The notes: generated from the sequence alone by a model not told the origin. Shown: positions 8,240-20,149, numbered from the stretch's first letter. The stretch: 64,000 nucleotides of DNA from Polyangiales bacterium (GCA_964202905.1 CAXNJO010000004.1:529273-593272), one strand, 5' to 3'. Numbers and translations: made by a program.

Positions 8240-11200
8240 GCGACTCCTCGGCGCGCAGCTGTGCTGCGAGCGCGGCGAGGCCTCCGCGCTGCGCATGCTG
8301 CTGCGCCCGCGCTGCGCTGCGGCGCGCGGCCTCGTCGCGCCCGACCGCGCGCTCGCCGAGGGCGCGCAGCCGGAGCGCGGAGGCCGCCTCGAAATCGCTC
8401 CCGGATGCGACGACGACATCCACGTGCGCCGCGAGCTCATCACAGGCCATGGGGTCGGGTTCACGGAGGATGCCCGTGGCGAGCGAGACGACCACGCCGA
8501 GGCGCGCCAGCGATTCCCGCTTCGTCTTGTGCGCGAGCGCCGACGCGGCCGAGGCATCACGCGCGGCCGCCTCGAGGTCGCGGCTCGCGAGCGCCGCGAG
8601 GGCCGCGCGGACCATCATGCGCGCTTCTTCCGCGCCGAGGCCCTGCGCCGCCGCGACCTCGGCGGCATCGCGGAAACGCGTCGCCGCCGAAAGGATCTCG
8701 CCCTGCGCCTCCGCCACCTCGGCCATCGCCGCGAGCGAGCCGAACCGCAGCGCACCGTCCCCGAGCCGCGCGGCCACCGTGAGCGCTCGGGCGACGGCGT
8801 GCTGCGCCTCGTCGACGAGCGCCGCGCGCGCGAGCGCCTCCGCGAGGACGCAGAGCGCGCGCCCGTGCAACGCCGCGGCGTTGGCCGAAAGCGCGAGCGT
8901 GTCGACCGCAGCGCGCAGCCGGACGAGCGACTCGCGTGCGCGCCCTTCCCCGGCCAGCCCCTCGGCGAGCTCGAGTTCGGCGGCGCCGCGCAAGGCGAGA
9001 TCGTGCACGTCAGCGAGCTCGCGGGCGACGGCGTCGAGGGCCGCGACCCGCCGCGCCGAGTCGCCACGCGCGGCCGCGCTCTGGGCGCGCAGCAGCGCGA
9101 CGCGCACGCGATGCGTCGGGCAGTCGAGGCCGTGCAACGGCGCTTCGAGCAGCGAGAGCGCCTCGTCGACGAGCGCGACGGCCCCGGTGTCCGCGGCGAG
9201 TTCCGCGCCCCGGAAGGCGAGGTCCACCGCGCGTTCCGCGGACTCGATCGGATCATCCTCGCGAAGCAGACGCGCGGCCTCGATGTAGCGCGCCGCAGCG
9301 AGCGGAACCGCGCGTCGCTCGAGCGCGGCGTGACCCGCCTCGACGAGGTAGTCGGGCGCGCGGCGACGGTCGGCCGCCCGCGCCGCGTGGTGCGCGAGAT
9401 CCTCGACGCAGGCGTCGCGACCGAGCCGCTCGAGCGCGGCGAGCGCGCGCGCATGGAACTGCGCCCGATCCTTCCGCGGCATCGCCTCGAGCAGCGCGCG
9501 GCGCAGGAGCCCGCAAGCCACGCGCAGACGCGGCGGCAGCGGCGGCGCGTCCGTCCCACCGCCCCACAGCGGGCGGGCGGCGCGCTGCATGACGGTGCCG
9601 GTCTCGGGCACGAGCAGGCGGCGTGTGAGCAACCGGCGCAGGGCCATCTCGGCGCCGGCGAGCGGGACGCCGTGCACCGCGCACAGCGCGGCGACGTCGA
9701 GCGCCCCCTCGAAAGTCGCCGCGATCCGCAGCAGATCGAGCTCGGCCGCCCGCAACGCCGCGAGGCCCGCCGAGACAATCGTGCGCACGTGCTCGGGCAC
9801 GCCAAGCCGCGCGGGGTCCGCGAGGCGCGCCTCACCCTCGAGCACGCGCAGGCCTTCCGACTCGCGGAGCGCGACCGCGAGTTCCTCGACCCACGCAGGG
9901 TTGCCCGCCGTCTCGTCGAGGATGCGCCGCGCAAACCCGCCCTCCACGGTGCGGGCGCCCGCGACCGACGCGAACAACCGTAGCGCCGAGGCGTCGTCGA
10001 GCGGCTGCAACTCGAGGACGCGGGGCTCGCCGTCGAGCTGCGGGATGGCCGTTCCCGGCCGCGCCGTGACGACCGCGAGCACACGCGCGCGCACCAACTC
10101 GCGGAGCAGCAGCGGCAAGATTTGACGCGTTGCGTCATCAAACCAATGCACGTCCTCGACCGACAGGACCACGACCCGCTCCCGGGCGAGCGCCACGAGC
10201 GCCTTGCGCGCCGCGAGGGCCAACGCCATGCCGCGCGGCCGACCGACGCGCTCCTGGCGCGCGACGGGGTACGCGAGTCCGAGCAGCTCGCCGACGAGCC
10301 GCACTTCGCGGGGCGCGAGGCCAAGCACGCGCAGTCGCTCGACGCGGCCGAAGCGCTCGGCGGGCGTGTCCTCCTCCTCGACGCCGCACAGGTCCTTGAA
10401 GAGATCCGCGAGGGCACCGAAGCTGCGTTCGCGCTCGCCCTCCTGCCCGCGCGCGCCTGCGAACACGACCCCCTGCGCGGTCGTCGCGGCGCGAAGCTCC
10501 GCGATCAGGCGCGACTTGCCGGCACCAGGCTCGCCGAGCAGCAGCACCGCCTCGCCACGACCGCTCTCGGCGACGAACAGGAGCGCCTCCGTCAGCGCGC
10601 GGGCCTCGCGCTGCCGCCCGACGAGCGGCGCGCGCCGCCGCATCCGCAGCGCGTCGCGCTCGCGCCGGGCCCTGTATCCCTCGAGCGTGGGCAGCGCGGT
10701 GTCCGGCGCACGCCCGACAGCGGAAGGTGCGCGCGAGTTCGTCGGAGAGCGCGGGGTCGATGACGACCTCGCCCGCCGCGGCGCGGAGAACGAGGTCGCG
10801 GGCCCGCGCCGCGAGCGGGTCGTCGGGCACCGCGCTCGCGCCGTCGAAGACCCGCGCATCGCCGAGCGCGACCGCGAGCGGCGGCACCGGATCGGCCCGC
10901 AGCGGACCTTCGATCGCGGCACGGCGCCGCAACTCGAGCGCGGCTCGCCCCGCATGCTCGGCCGCGCGCTCGCCTCCCCCGGCGCCGAAGACCGCGACGC
11001 ACTCGTCGGGTGCGCCAGGCAGGACCTGCCCGCCATACGCCTCGACGGCGCGGGCGAACGAGGCCCGGTCGTCTTCGTCGCGGGCGCGCGCCGCGAGCAG
11101 CGCCACGCGCCGCACCTGCACCGACACGCGGCGTGAGACCGGGAGCGCGGGCGCCGTGTGCTCACGGACCTCCGGGGCCGCCGTGTCCGGCACGTCGACG

Positions 11201-12228
11201 GCCCCCGTCCCCGACATCCCGGTGGCGTCCTGCTGGGCGCGCAGGAGCAGATCGACCCGCAGCTTGTTCGGGGCGTGCGTGTCCATGCGCGGGAACATCC
11301 GCGCGAGCGCGGCGGCGAGTTCCGTCGCGCCCACGTTCTCCCCGAGCCGAAACAGGATCTGCGAGAGGTCCTGGTACATCTCGCCCGCCGAGGCGTAACG
11401 GCCGTCCAAGTCCGGGCAGAGCGCCCGGGCGAGCACGCCGCGGAGTTCCGCGGGCCAGCCGCGCTCCTCGAAGGGGAAGTCGGGCACCGCGGCCCGGCGC
11501 ACGAGTTCGAGCGTGTTCTGGGGGCTCGTGCCCTTGAAGAGCCGCCGGTGCGTGGCCAGCTCCCACAGCACGACGCCGAGCGCGAAGAGGTCACTCCGGC
11601 GGTCGAGCGGCTCCCCGCGCGCCTGCTCTGGCGACATGTACGCGAACTTGCCGCGCAGCATCTTCGGGTCTTCGCCGCGCCCGAGGTCCTGCTGATCGGC
11701 GCGCGCGATGCCGAAATCCGCGACCTTCACCTCGCCCTCGTAGCCGACGAGGATGTTCTGCGGGCTCACGTCGCGGTGCACGATCGACAGGGCGCGCCCG
11801 TCGTCGCCGCGCCGCCGGTGCGCGTAGTCGAGGGCCTTCGCCGTCTCGGCGATGATCCAGAGCTTCAGCGGCGCGCTGAGCCCCGTGCGCCCCGGGGACG
11901 CCGCGGCGCGGGCCTCCCAGGCCATGACCGCCCCGAGATCCTTGCCGTCGACGTACTCCATCGCGATGAAGTAGGCGCCGGCCTCCTCGCCGAGATCGAA
12001 GATCTGCACGATGTTCGCGTGCGAGAGGCGCGACGCGATCTTCGCCTCCCGCACGAGCAGGTCGGCGAACCCCGGGTTCGCCATCAGCGCGGGCAGCACG
12101 CGCTTGATGACGACCGTCTTCTCGAAGCCCGCCGCCCCGCGGGAGCGGGCCCGCCAGACCTCCGCCATGCCACCTTCCGCGATGCGGTCGAGCAGCTCGT
12201 AATTCTGGAAGAGGACGGCGTCCTTCAC
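8214..12228 (-). pseudogene. Ser/Thr protein kinase + degenerate cyclase-like domain + AAA/STAND ATPase + TPR-like region, split by one apparent +1 frameshift near 10700-10725 (pseudogene or sequence error)
   Basis: The 12228 frame carries kinase motifs IAEGGMAEV, VIK, HRDVSPQN, DFGIA and YMSPE. The 8214 frame carries LVGRQRE, Walker A GEPGAGKS, VEDVHWFD, TAGNP and helical repeats. Coding sense switches frame at ...ELARTFR / ...DTALPTLEGY. Confidence 0.75.
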
Positions 12229-12244
12229 GGCGTGCGTGAGGGTA

Positions 12245-13588
12245 TCAGATGGCCCGCTGCGGCGGCACGGCGAGGGTCGCGACGAGCGTCCCGGAGGCGA
12301 TCGACACCGCGACGAGCACCATCCGGAAGAGCACGTCGATGGCGCCGCTCGCGTCCGCGCCGAGCAACGACGAGAAGCCGAGGAAACCGAGGCTCCCCGG
12401 CACGAGCAACAGCGTCCCGGGCACGAGCGTCAGCGCCACGGGCCGGTCGCGCCAGCGCGCGTACGCGTGGCTCAGCACCCCGAGCACGAGCGCGCCGAGG
12501 AAGCCGCCGAGCCCCGTCCCGAGCGCCTGCGCGCCGACCCACGCCCCCGCTGCCGCGACGTAGCAGGCGACGAGCACGAGCGGCACGTCGCGCGGCCGCG
12601 CGCGGAGCAGCAGCGCGAACGACAGACCGGCCGCCCCCGGCGCAAGGAGCGCGGCCGCGCGCGGCAGCGCTTCACCCGCGCCGGACGCGAGGGCGCCGAC
12701 GACGAGGTCCGGGTCCACGCGCTGCCCGAGCGCGACGCCGAAGGCCATCAGCAGAAACGTCATCCCTGCGCCGGCGAGCCGCGCCGTCCCGGACACGAGG
12801 TTGCCCGTCGCGAGCTCCATGATGCCCATCGTCGTCGCGAGCCCCGGCAGCAGCACGACGACGCCCGCGAGCGTGAGCAGCAGCGGGCGCACGGGCTCCC
12901 CTTGATGGCCGAGCGTGAACGACGCCGTCGACGCCAGGAGCGTGCACGCCGCCGGCAGCAGCTGCTGGAGCCCGCGGAACGGCTCGGCCACCGTCACGGC
13001 GGCGCCGACCAGCACGCCAATCGGGGCCGCCCAGAGCGCCTCGACGCTGGTCGCGCCGAGCAACGCCGCGGCCGCCGACGACGACAGTCCATGGCACAGC
13101 GTGGTCGCGATGGCGCCGTAGCGCGCGCGGCTTCCGGTGATCGCCGCGATGCGCCGCGTGGCGTCGACGGCCGAGAGTTCGTGCCGCTCGATCCGACCGA
13201 CCAGCTCGTGAAGCGCGGAGAGTTTTTCGAGGTCGCTGCGGCCGGGCTGAACGCGGACGACCTGCGTGCGCTGCTGGCCCCCGTGCTCGATCGTCAGCAT
13301 GAACGAGGTCAGCTGCGAGACGAGTTGAACGCGCAGCTGAAGCGCCGCCGTCACGCGCTCGAGCGCCTGCTCGACGCGGTGCGCGGGCAGGCCGTAGGCG
13401 TGCAGCGCGCTCGTGAGCGTGTTCAACAGCTCGAGCTGCGCGTCGATGGCCGTCGGCGCGTCGAGGTCACCCGGCGACGAGCGGCGCACGAGGCGATCGA
13501 GCGAGGAGTCCGCGGAGAGCTCGCGCTCCAGATCGGCCCATGCGCGCAGCGCGCGCTCCCCGAGCTTGTCGCGCGGCCCGTCGCTCAT
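12245..13588 (-). CDS. Threonine/serine exporter (ThrE family)
   Basis: Motifs LHAYGLPAHRVE, DLEKLSALHEL, LLPGLATT and LLVPGSLG, with about 10 hydrophobic segments. Confidence 0.85.
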   Translation of the reverse strand: MSDGPRDKLGERALRAWADLERELSADSSLDRLVRRSSPGDLDAPTAIDAQLELLNTLTSALHAYGLPAHRVEQALERVTAALQLRVQLVSQLTSFMLTIEHGGQQRTQVVRVQPGRSDLEKLSALHELVGRIERHELSAVDATRRIAAITGSRARYGAIATTLCHGLSSSAAAALLGATSVEALWAAPIGVLVGAAVTVAEPFRGLQQLLPAACTLLASTASFTLGHQGEPVRPLLLTLAGVVVLLPGLATTMGIMELATGNLVSGTARLAGAGMTFLLMAFGVALGQRVDPDLVVGALASGAGEALPRAAALLAPGAAGLSFALLLRARPRDVPLVLVACYVAAAGAWVGAQALGTGLGGFLGALVLGVLSHAYARWRDRPVALTLVPGTLLLVPGSLGFLGFSSLLGADASGAIDVLFRMVLVAVSIASGTLVATLAVPPQRAI

Positions 13589-13643
13589 GGCGCGCGCGAT
13601 GCACGGCCGCGCCGCGTTCCGTCAACCCGCCGGGCGCCCCGCG

Positions 13644-15236
13644 CTACAGCTGAAACGGAAACGACACGCTGGCCGTCGGCTGCTCGAAGGGCGGGACGGA
13701 CGCCGCGCGGACCGCGCGAGCGATGCACGACCCCTCGCTCGATCCGGCGAACGCGCCCTCGACGACGGCCGTCGTCACGCGGCCGCTCGCCCCCGCGAAC
13801 GTCACGCGCACGGTCGCGACCCCGCCCCGCCCGCCGGCACAGGCCGCGACGGCGGGGCGCACCGAGCCGAGCGCGGCGAGCACCGCGGCGCGATCCGGCG
13901 TCGCCGGGGCGGCCCCGACGGGGCGAGCGATCGTGACGCCATCGGGCGCGCGGGGGCCGGCGCGGCCGAGCGCGCGGCGGCCGGCGTCGCCTCGGCGGAC
14001 GGGCTCCCGCCACCGGCACCGCCGCAGCAATCAGCGGCCGGGCGCGAACGCCGGGACGTGGTGCCCGCGCGTTCGGCGCGCGCTCCGGCGGCGAGCGCGC
14101 ACGCCGCGAGCGCAGCGGCAGCCGGGGCCGACGGGCTCACTGCTGCGGCGGGCGGCACAGCCGGAGCGGGCGATCCGACCTCGGCCGACGGCGCAGAGGC
14201 TTCCGCCGCGGCGCTCGGGAGGGCCGCGACGGGCGCAGGCGCGGCAGCGGGCATGGCCGTGGCGGCCGCGGAGGCCGGCGCGTCCCCTGCCCCGCCCCGC
14301 GCGTCACGAGCACGCCGACGACCACCGCCGCCGCCGCCGCGAGCGCGAGGCCGCCGGCGACCTCGCCCACGACGGTACGACCCCGGCGCCTGCGTCTCCT
14401 CGAGGTGGAGCGGGCGGAGTGGCTGGAGCGGCATCGGCGGCGGCCGGAAGCTGGGCAGCGACGCGCGCCCCCCCCCGGACGGCGACGCCGCGCGACGTTC
14501 CGGCCGCGGCGCAGCGGGCGGCGCCCCAGGGGGCGCGAGCGGGGCGCGACCGGGGCGCGGCGTCGTCCCTCACACGGGCAACCGCTTCACCCGCCCTACG
14601 AGCGCCTGTCGCAGTGCCGGTGGGCGGCGCAGGTGCGACCGCACGCATCGCGGCCTCCACCACGGGTGGTGGGTCGACCACCACGGGTCGTGGTGCATCC
14701 ATCGCGGGCGACTCCACCGCCCGCGCCGCCGACGCGGCCGCCGAGGGCGGCGCTGCGACGCTCGGCGGAACCACAGCGGCCGTCGCCACGGACATCGACG
14801 GCGCCGCGCGCCCTGTCGCCCGCGGGGCCGGGTCACCGAGCTGGCTGAGTTGCTCCAGCGAGAACTCGGCGCGCTTGGCCTCGAGGTCGAGACGTTTCGC
14901 GTCCACGCCTCCGCCGACCGGCGTCGTACGCCGCGCGACGCGCGCGTCCTCGTCGTCGAAGTAGGGCGGCGACGTGAGATCCGGCCCCGCGCCGCCCCGC
15001 GCCCCCGCGACGCGCTGCTCCACGCGCGCGGCCAACCCCTCCCAAAACGCCTCGGTCCGCGCGGGCGCGGGCCAACCCCGCAGCAGCGCGTCGAGCCGCA
15101 CGACGTCCGCGGCCCACGCCGCGGCGTCCGCATCGTGCGCGAGCTCCTCGCGGAGCGCGGCGTGCGCGGGCGCGTCGATTCCCCCCGGCGTGTCGAGCGC
15201 CTCCGACACCCTCTTGCGCAGATCCTCACCGCTCAC
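13644..15236 (-). pseudogene. Putative membrane-anchored anti-sigma factor with a C-terminal TonB_C/AgmX-like domain; several apparent frameshifts between about 13900 and 14600
   Basis: GTG at 15236 overlaps the ECF sigma stop. The N-terminal helical domain is in one frame, the TM segment GGLALAAAAAVVVGVLV in a second and the Ala/Pro linker in a third. The C-terminal domain VAACAGGRGGVATVRVTF...GSCIARAVRAASVPPFEQPTASVSFPFQL is back in the first frame. Confidence 0.6.
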
Positions 15237-15874
15237 GTCGGCCTCCTCCGGCTCGCCGCGGCGACCTCCGCGATCTCCGCGGCGAGTTCTTCCCCGAGCA
15301 GAGCGCGCAGGCGCCCGCGCGCCTCGTGGATGCGCCACGCGATCGTCCCCTCGGGGCAACCGAGCGCCTCAGCGGCGTCCTTCTGCGAGACGCCCTCGAT
15401 GCACACGAGGATGAGCGTCGTCCGCAGGGAGGGCGAGAGCGCGTCGATGGCGGCCGCGAGGCGTCCGTAGAGGCGGGTGGCCTCCGCCGCGCGTCGCGGG
15501 TCGGTGTCGCCCTGCGTCGGGTCTGCGACCGGCTCGGGCAGCCGCGGATCCGCGAGATCCGACGCGGCGGTGCGCTTGCGCTTCCGCAGGATGTTGAGCG
15601 ACACGTTCATGCAGATCCGATAGAGCCACGTCGAGAGCTCGGAGCGCCCGTCGAACTTCGCGAGCGCCCGGTGCGCGCGGAGGAAGGTCTCCTGCACGGC
15701 GTCCTCCGCCTCGGCCGCATCCCCGAGGACGTGAAGCGCACACGCGAAGACGCGCCGCTGGTGCACGCGCACGAGGCGACCGAAGGCCGCCGCGTCTCCG
15801 GCCTGCGCGCGCGAGAGGAGGCCGGCTTCCTCGCTGCGCTCTGCGCCGCGGTCATTCCTCGAGTCGGCGGACAT
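15233..15874 (-). CDS. ECF-family RNA polymerase sigma factor
   Basis: Region 2 motifs [16 protein letters not shown] and [14 protein letters not shown]; region 4 motif [27 protein letters not shown]. Confidence 0.92.
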   Translation of the reverse strand: MSADSRNDRGAERSEEAGLLSRAQAGDAAAFGRLVRVHQRRVFACALHVLGDAAEAEDAVQETFLRAHRALAKFDGRSELSTWLYRICMNVSLNILRKRKRTAASDLADPRLPEPVADPTQGDTDPRRAAEATRLYGRLAAAIDALSPSLRTTLILVCIEGVSQKDAAEALGCPEGTIAWRIHEARGRLRALLGEELAAEIAEVAAASRRRPT

Positions 15875-16003
15875 GCGATGGGCGGCGGAGGGTACGGCGG
15901 CACGCGCGCTTGGACAACCCCGACCTCGGCGGCTTGGCCCCCGCCGTCATCCCGCGCGGCGGGGCGTCTCGACGCGGGGCCTCGGCGGCCTATATGGTTC
16001 CGC

Positions 16004-16963
<960 letters not shown>

Positions 16964-17096
16964 AAGTCCCGTCGCCCCGCGCTTGCGGGCGGGCGCATCG
17001 GCGCTGGCCGCGCGACCTCCGCGCTGCGCCTCCGCGCACCAGGACCGCGACGTCATGGGACGGAGCGCGGCGCGCGCGCCCGGGGCTGATCCCCGC

Positions 17097-17330
17097 TCAG
17101 CGGACGACGACGACGCCGCGCGCCGGGGCCGGACGGCGCCCACGGTTCCCGACGACGACGACGCCGCCCCGGTTGTTGTTCTGGTAGCCGCGGTTGTACC
17201 CGCGGTTGTAGCCGCGGCCGTAGCCCGGCCCGGTCTGGACGAAGCAGCCCGAGGCGAGCAGGAGCCCGCCGAGCAACGTGAGCGCGCTGAGCGCAGGGAC
17301 GAACGAGCGCTGGATGCCGTGGAACGCCAT
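17097..17330 (-). CDS. Small lipoprotein (77 aa) with GYNR/GYGR repeats
   Basis: Signal peptide plus LASGC lipobox, followed by GPGYGRGYNRGYNRGYQNNNRGGVVVV. Confidence 0.65.
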   Translation of the reverse strand: MAFHGIQRSFVPALSALTLLGGLLLASGCFVQTGPGYGRGYNRGYNRGYQNNNRGGVVVVGNRGRRPAPARGVVVVR

Positions 17331-17391
17331 CTCGAATGGAAAGCACGCCTGACGCCGTCGCGCCAGCACCGTCCGCGCGATCCCGCGCGCG

Positions 17392-17847
17392 TCAGCCGAG
17401 CGCCGGCGCGCCGAGATCCGCCTCGAGGTGCCGCTGCAGGGACTCGACGTCGAAGTGCGCGAGGTTGCGGGTCACCTCGCGGACCTCGATCCCAGGCAGC
17501 GAGTCCTTGAGCGCGGCACGCATCCGCCCCATGAAACGCGGGCCCGAGACGAGCACGACCCACTCGAAGGCGTGCGCGAGGCGGCCATGCTCGATGTGAC
17601 GCGCGACCTCGGCGGCGAACACCTCGGCGACATGCTCGCTCGCGCTGACCTCCTTCGACGCGGCGCTGCCGCCGCCGTGCGGGACGGAATCGAACTTCGC
17701 GCCCGGCCCGTCGCTGTCGATCTCGCTGTCCTTGAGGCGCCCCTCAGGATGCCGCAACACCTCGCGCAGCACGAGCGGCACGTGATGCGACGCCCACTCG
17801 TACACGCGAGCACCATCCCGCTGCGCGACCACGATCCACGTCTTCAT
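17392..17847 (-). CDS. Host attachment protein family (baeRF12, release-factor-like)
   Basis: MKTWIVVAQRDGARVY...DSDGPG...FAAEVARHIE...VVLVSGPRFMGRMRAAL matches the family pattern; 151 aa. Confidence 0.8.
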   Translation of the reverse strand: MKTWIVVAQRDGARVYEWASHHVPLVLREVLRHPEGRLKDSEIDSDGPGAKFDSVPHGGGSAASKEVSASEHVAEVFAAEVARHIEHGRLAHAFEWVVLVSGPRFMGRMRAALKDSLPGIEVREVTRNLAHFDVESLQRHLEADLGAPALG

Positions 17848-17912
17848 CGGTGCGGCCCTCCGGCCGAGGAGGTACGCGCCGCGGCTGCGGAATCCAAGCG
17901 CGGTCCGAGCGC

Positions 17913-18872
17913 TCAGCGCGTCTCGATCACGAGCCGGTAGTTGCCGCACATCCCGAGGCCCGTCGTCGCGACGCGAACGATCAGGCGGCCGCTCTCGTCG
18001 GTGGTGCTGCACTCGGTGTCGATCGCGACCGTCTCGGTGGACGTGCCCGAGAGCGTCGAGCCGCACCCGGGGCCACCCGGTCCGTCGTAGCCCGTGCCCG
18101 TCGTGCAGGTGTGCGCGTCGCCGCCCGCCGTGCAGCGATACCAGGCGACGAGGTCGAGGTTGGTGCCGCCGGGCATCCCGTCGAGCGTCACGGTCAGCGC
18201 CGGGTTCCCACCGTCGAAGCCGTCCGTCACGTCGAGCGCGTAGAAGTCGAGGTCGAGCGCGTCGTCCGCGTTGAAGTCGGTGCGCGTGATCGTCGGCCCG
18301 TTGTCCGCGTCGTTCGTCGCGCCGAGCGTGATCGCGCGTGCCTCGGCGTCGTTGGGCTCGCCCGCGTCGGGCGTGCAGGCGCAGCGCCCCGACGTGCACA
18401 TCGCGGAAGGCCCGCACCCGCCGCACGAGAGCGTGCCCCCGCAGCCGTCGTCGGGCGTCCCGCACATCGCGCCGAGCTCGTCGCAGGTGCGCGGCGTGCA
18501 CGCGCAGCCCTCCCCCGCGCGCACGTACGGCGCGACACAGTCGAAGTCGCAGGTGCCCGCCGCGCTGCACGTCGCCGCGCCGCCCACGGGCGCGGGGCAC
18601 GGCGCGCTCCCGCAGCCGAGCCGGCAGCCCATGGCCGGATCGTCGCCGCGGTCCCGCTCGCAGCCGCCCGGACACATGTGCTCGCCGCTGGCGCAACCGA
18701 CCCGCGCATCGACGAGCGCGGCATCGGGCGGACCCGCATCGCCGCGCCCCGCATCGCCCGCCGCGGCGTCCACCATCGAGTCCCCGCTGCCGCCCGCCGC
18801 GCAGGCCGTGAGGGCGAGGAGCGCAGCGACCCAGAACGCACCAAGGGGAGCGAGGCGTGTCGTGCGCGGCAT
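17913..18872 (-). CDS. Cys-rich secreted lipoprotein, myxobacterial type, with a C-terminal PPC-like domain
   Basis: LTAC lipobox, DAG repeats, CTPRTCDELGAMCGTPDDGCGGTLSCG repeat and EPND...DLDFY motif. Confidence 0.7.
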   Translation of the reverse strand: MPRTTRLAPLGAFWVAALLALTACAAGGSGDSMVDAAAGDAGRGDAGPPDAALVDARVGCASGEHMCPGGCERDRGDDPAMGCRLGCGSAPCPAPVGGAATCSAAGTCDFDCVAPYVRAGEGCACTPRTCDELGAMCGTPDDGCGGTLSCGGCGPSAMCTSGRCACTPDAGEPNDAEARAITLGATNDADNGPTITRTDFNADDALDLDFYALDVTDGFDGGNPALTVTLDGMPGGTNLDLVAWYRCTAGGDAHTCTTGTGYDGPGGPGCGSTLSGTSTETVAIDTECSTTDESGRLIVRVATTGLGMCGNYRLVIETR

Positions 18873-18953
18873 GAGCGGAGACGATGCCACGCACGGCCCG
18901 CCCCGGGGAGCCCTCGCGTCATCGGGGCGCGCCGCGCCTCACACGCCGCACCA

Positions 18954-18982
18954 TTGACACGCAGGCGCGCGCACGGTAGGTG
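18954..18982 (+). promoter_or_regulatory. Putative sigma70 promoter of prfB, probably giving a leaderless transcript
   Basis: TTGACA-N17-TAGGTG ending 8 nt before the ATG at 18991. Confidence 0.5.
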
Positions 18983-18990
18983 CCGCCCCC

Positions 18991-20149
18991 ATGTCGACGA
19001 CCACCAGCGAGAGCCGCGATTCGCTCGCGAACTTCGCTCAGCGCCTTGATGCGCTGGGGAGGTACCTTTGACGTCGACGACCTGCGGCGGCGCCTCCGCG
19101 AGCTGAACGAGCGCACCACGGCCGAGGGCTTCTGGGAAGACCCGGACCGCGCGCAGACCATGCTGCGCGAGCGCGCCGCGATGGAAGAGCAGATCGGCAC
19201 CTTCGACAAGCTCCGCGCGGGCACGAAGGACCTCGCCGAGCTGCTCGAGATGGCTGTGTCCGAGGGCGACGAAGGCATGATCGCCGACGTCGCGGGGCAA
19301 CTCCCGGAGTTCGAGCGCGGCATCCGCGGGATGGAAGTCGCGCGGATGTTGTCCGGCTCCGAGGACCGCTCCGACTGCATCGTCACCATCCACCCGGGCA
19401 CGGGCGGTCTCGACGCGCAAGACTGGGCGTCGATCCTCATGCGGATGTACCTGCGCTGGTGCGAGCGCAAGGGTTTCAAGATCGAGATCCTCGATCAGCA
19501 GGACGACGAGGCAGGCATCAAGGAGGTGTCCTTCCTCGTGCGCGGCGCCTACGCGTACGGCTTCCTCCGCGCGGAGGGCGGCGTGCACCGCCTCATCCGC
19601 ATCTCGCCCTTCGACGCGAACGCGCGGCGTCAGACGGCCTTCGCCGCCGTCTTCGTCGTGCCCGATCTCGACGAGGCGAAGACGGACATCGTCATCAAGC
19701 CCGAGGAGATCGAGGTCGACACCTTCCGCTCGGGCGGCAAGGGCGGTCAGCACGTCAACAAGACGGAGTCCGCGATCCGCATCACCCACTTGTCCACGGG
19801 CATCATCGTGAAGTGCCAGGCCGAGCGCTCGCAGCACAAGAACCGCGCGAGCGCCATGAAGATGCTGCTCGGTCTTCTCTACGAGCGTCGCCGCCAGGAG
19901 CGCGAGGCCGAGTTCGAGAAGACGTACGCCTCGGACAAGATGGAGATCGGCTTCGGTTCGCAAATCCGTACGTACACCATGGCGCCCTATCGCCTCGTGA
20001 AGGATGAGCGGACGGAACTGAAGGTCAGCAACATCGACGCCGTGCTCGACGGGGATCTCGACGACTTCATCGAGTCGTACCTGCTCTGGTCGGCCAACCG
20101 GAAAGCGCAGCGCCAGTCGGGCGGCGCGGGAACGAACGCCAACCCCTAG
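18991..20149 (+). CDS. prfB: Peptide chain release factor 2, with programmed +1 frameshift at CTT-TGA-C (19066-19072)
   Basis: MSTTTSESRDSLANFAQRLDALGRYL then in-frame TGA; SD-like GGGAGG just upstream of CTTTGAC. The +1 frame contains SPF and GGQ motifs. Confidence 0.96.

Noticed and set aside
15875..16003. NAD riboswitch upstream of nadA
   Set aside because: The divergent intergenic region is short, a -10-like box lies 7 nt before the ATG leaving no room for a leader, and no aptamer motif was recognised.
18980..18990. ORF-track start for prfB (GTG 18980), and other extended starts such as nadA 15326, bamA 23944 and lon 47523
   Set aside because: These upstream extensions lack homology-like content and several overlap other genes; better-supported starts were chosen.
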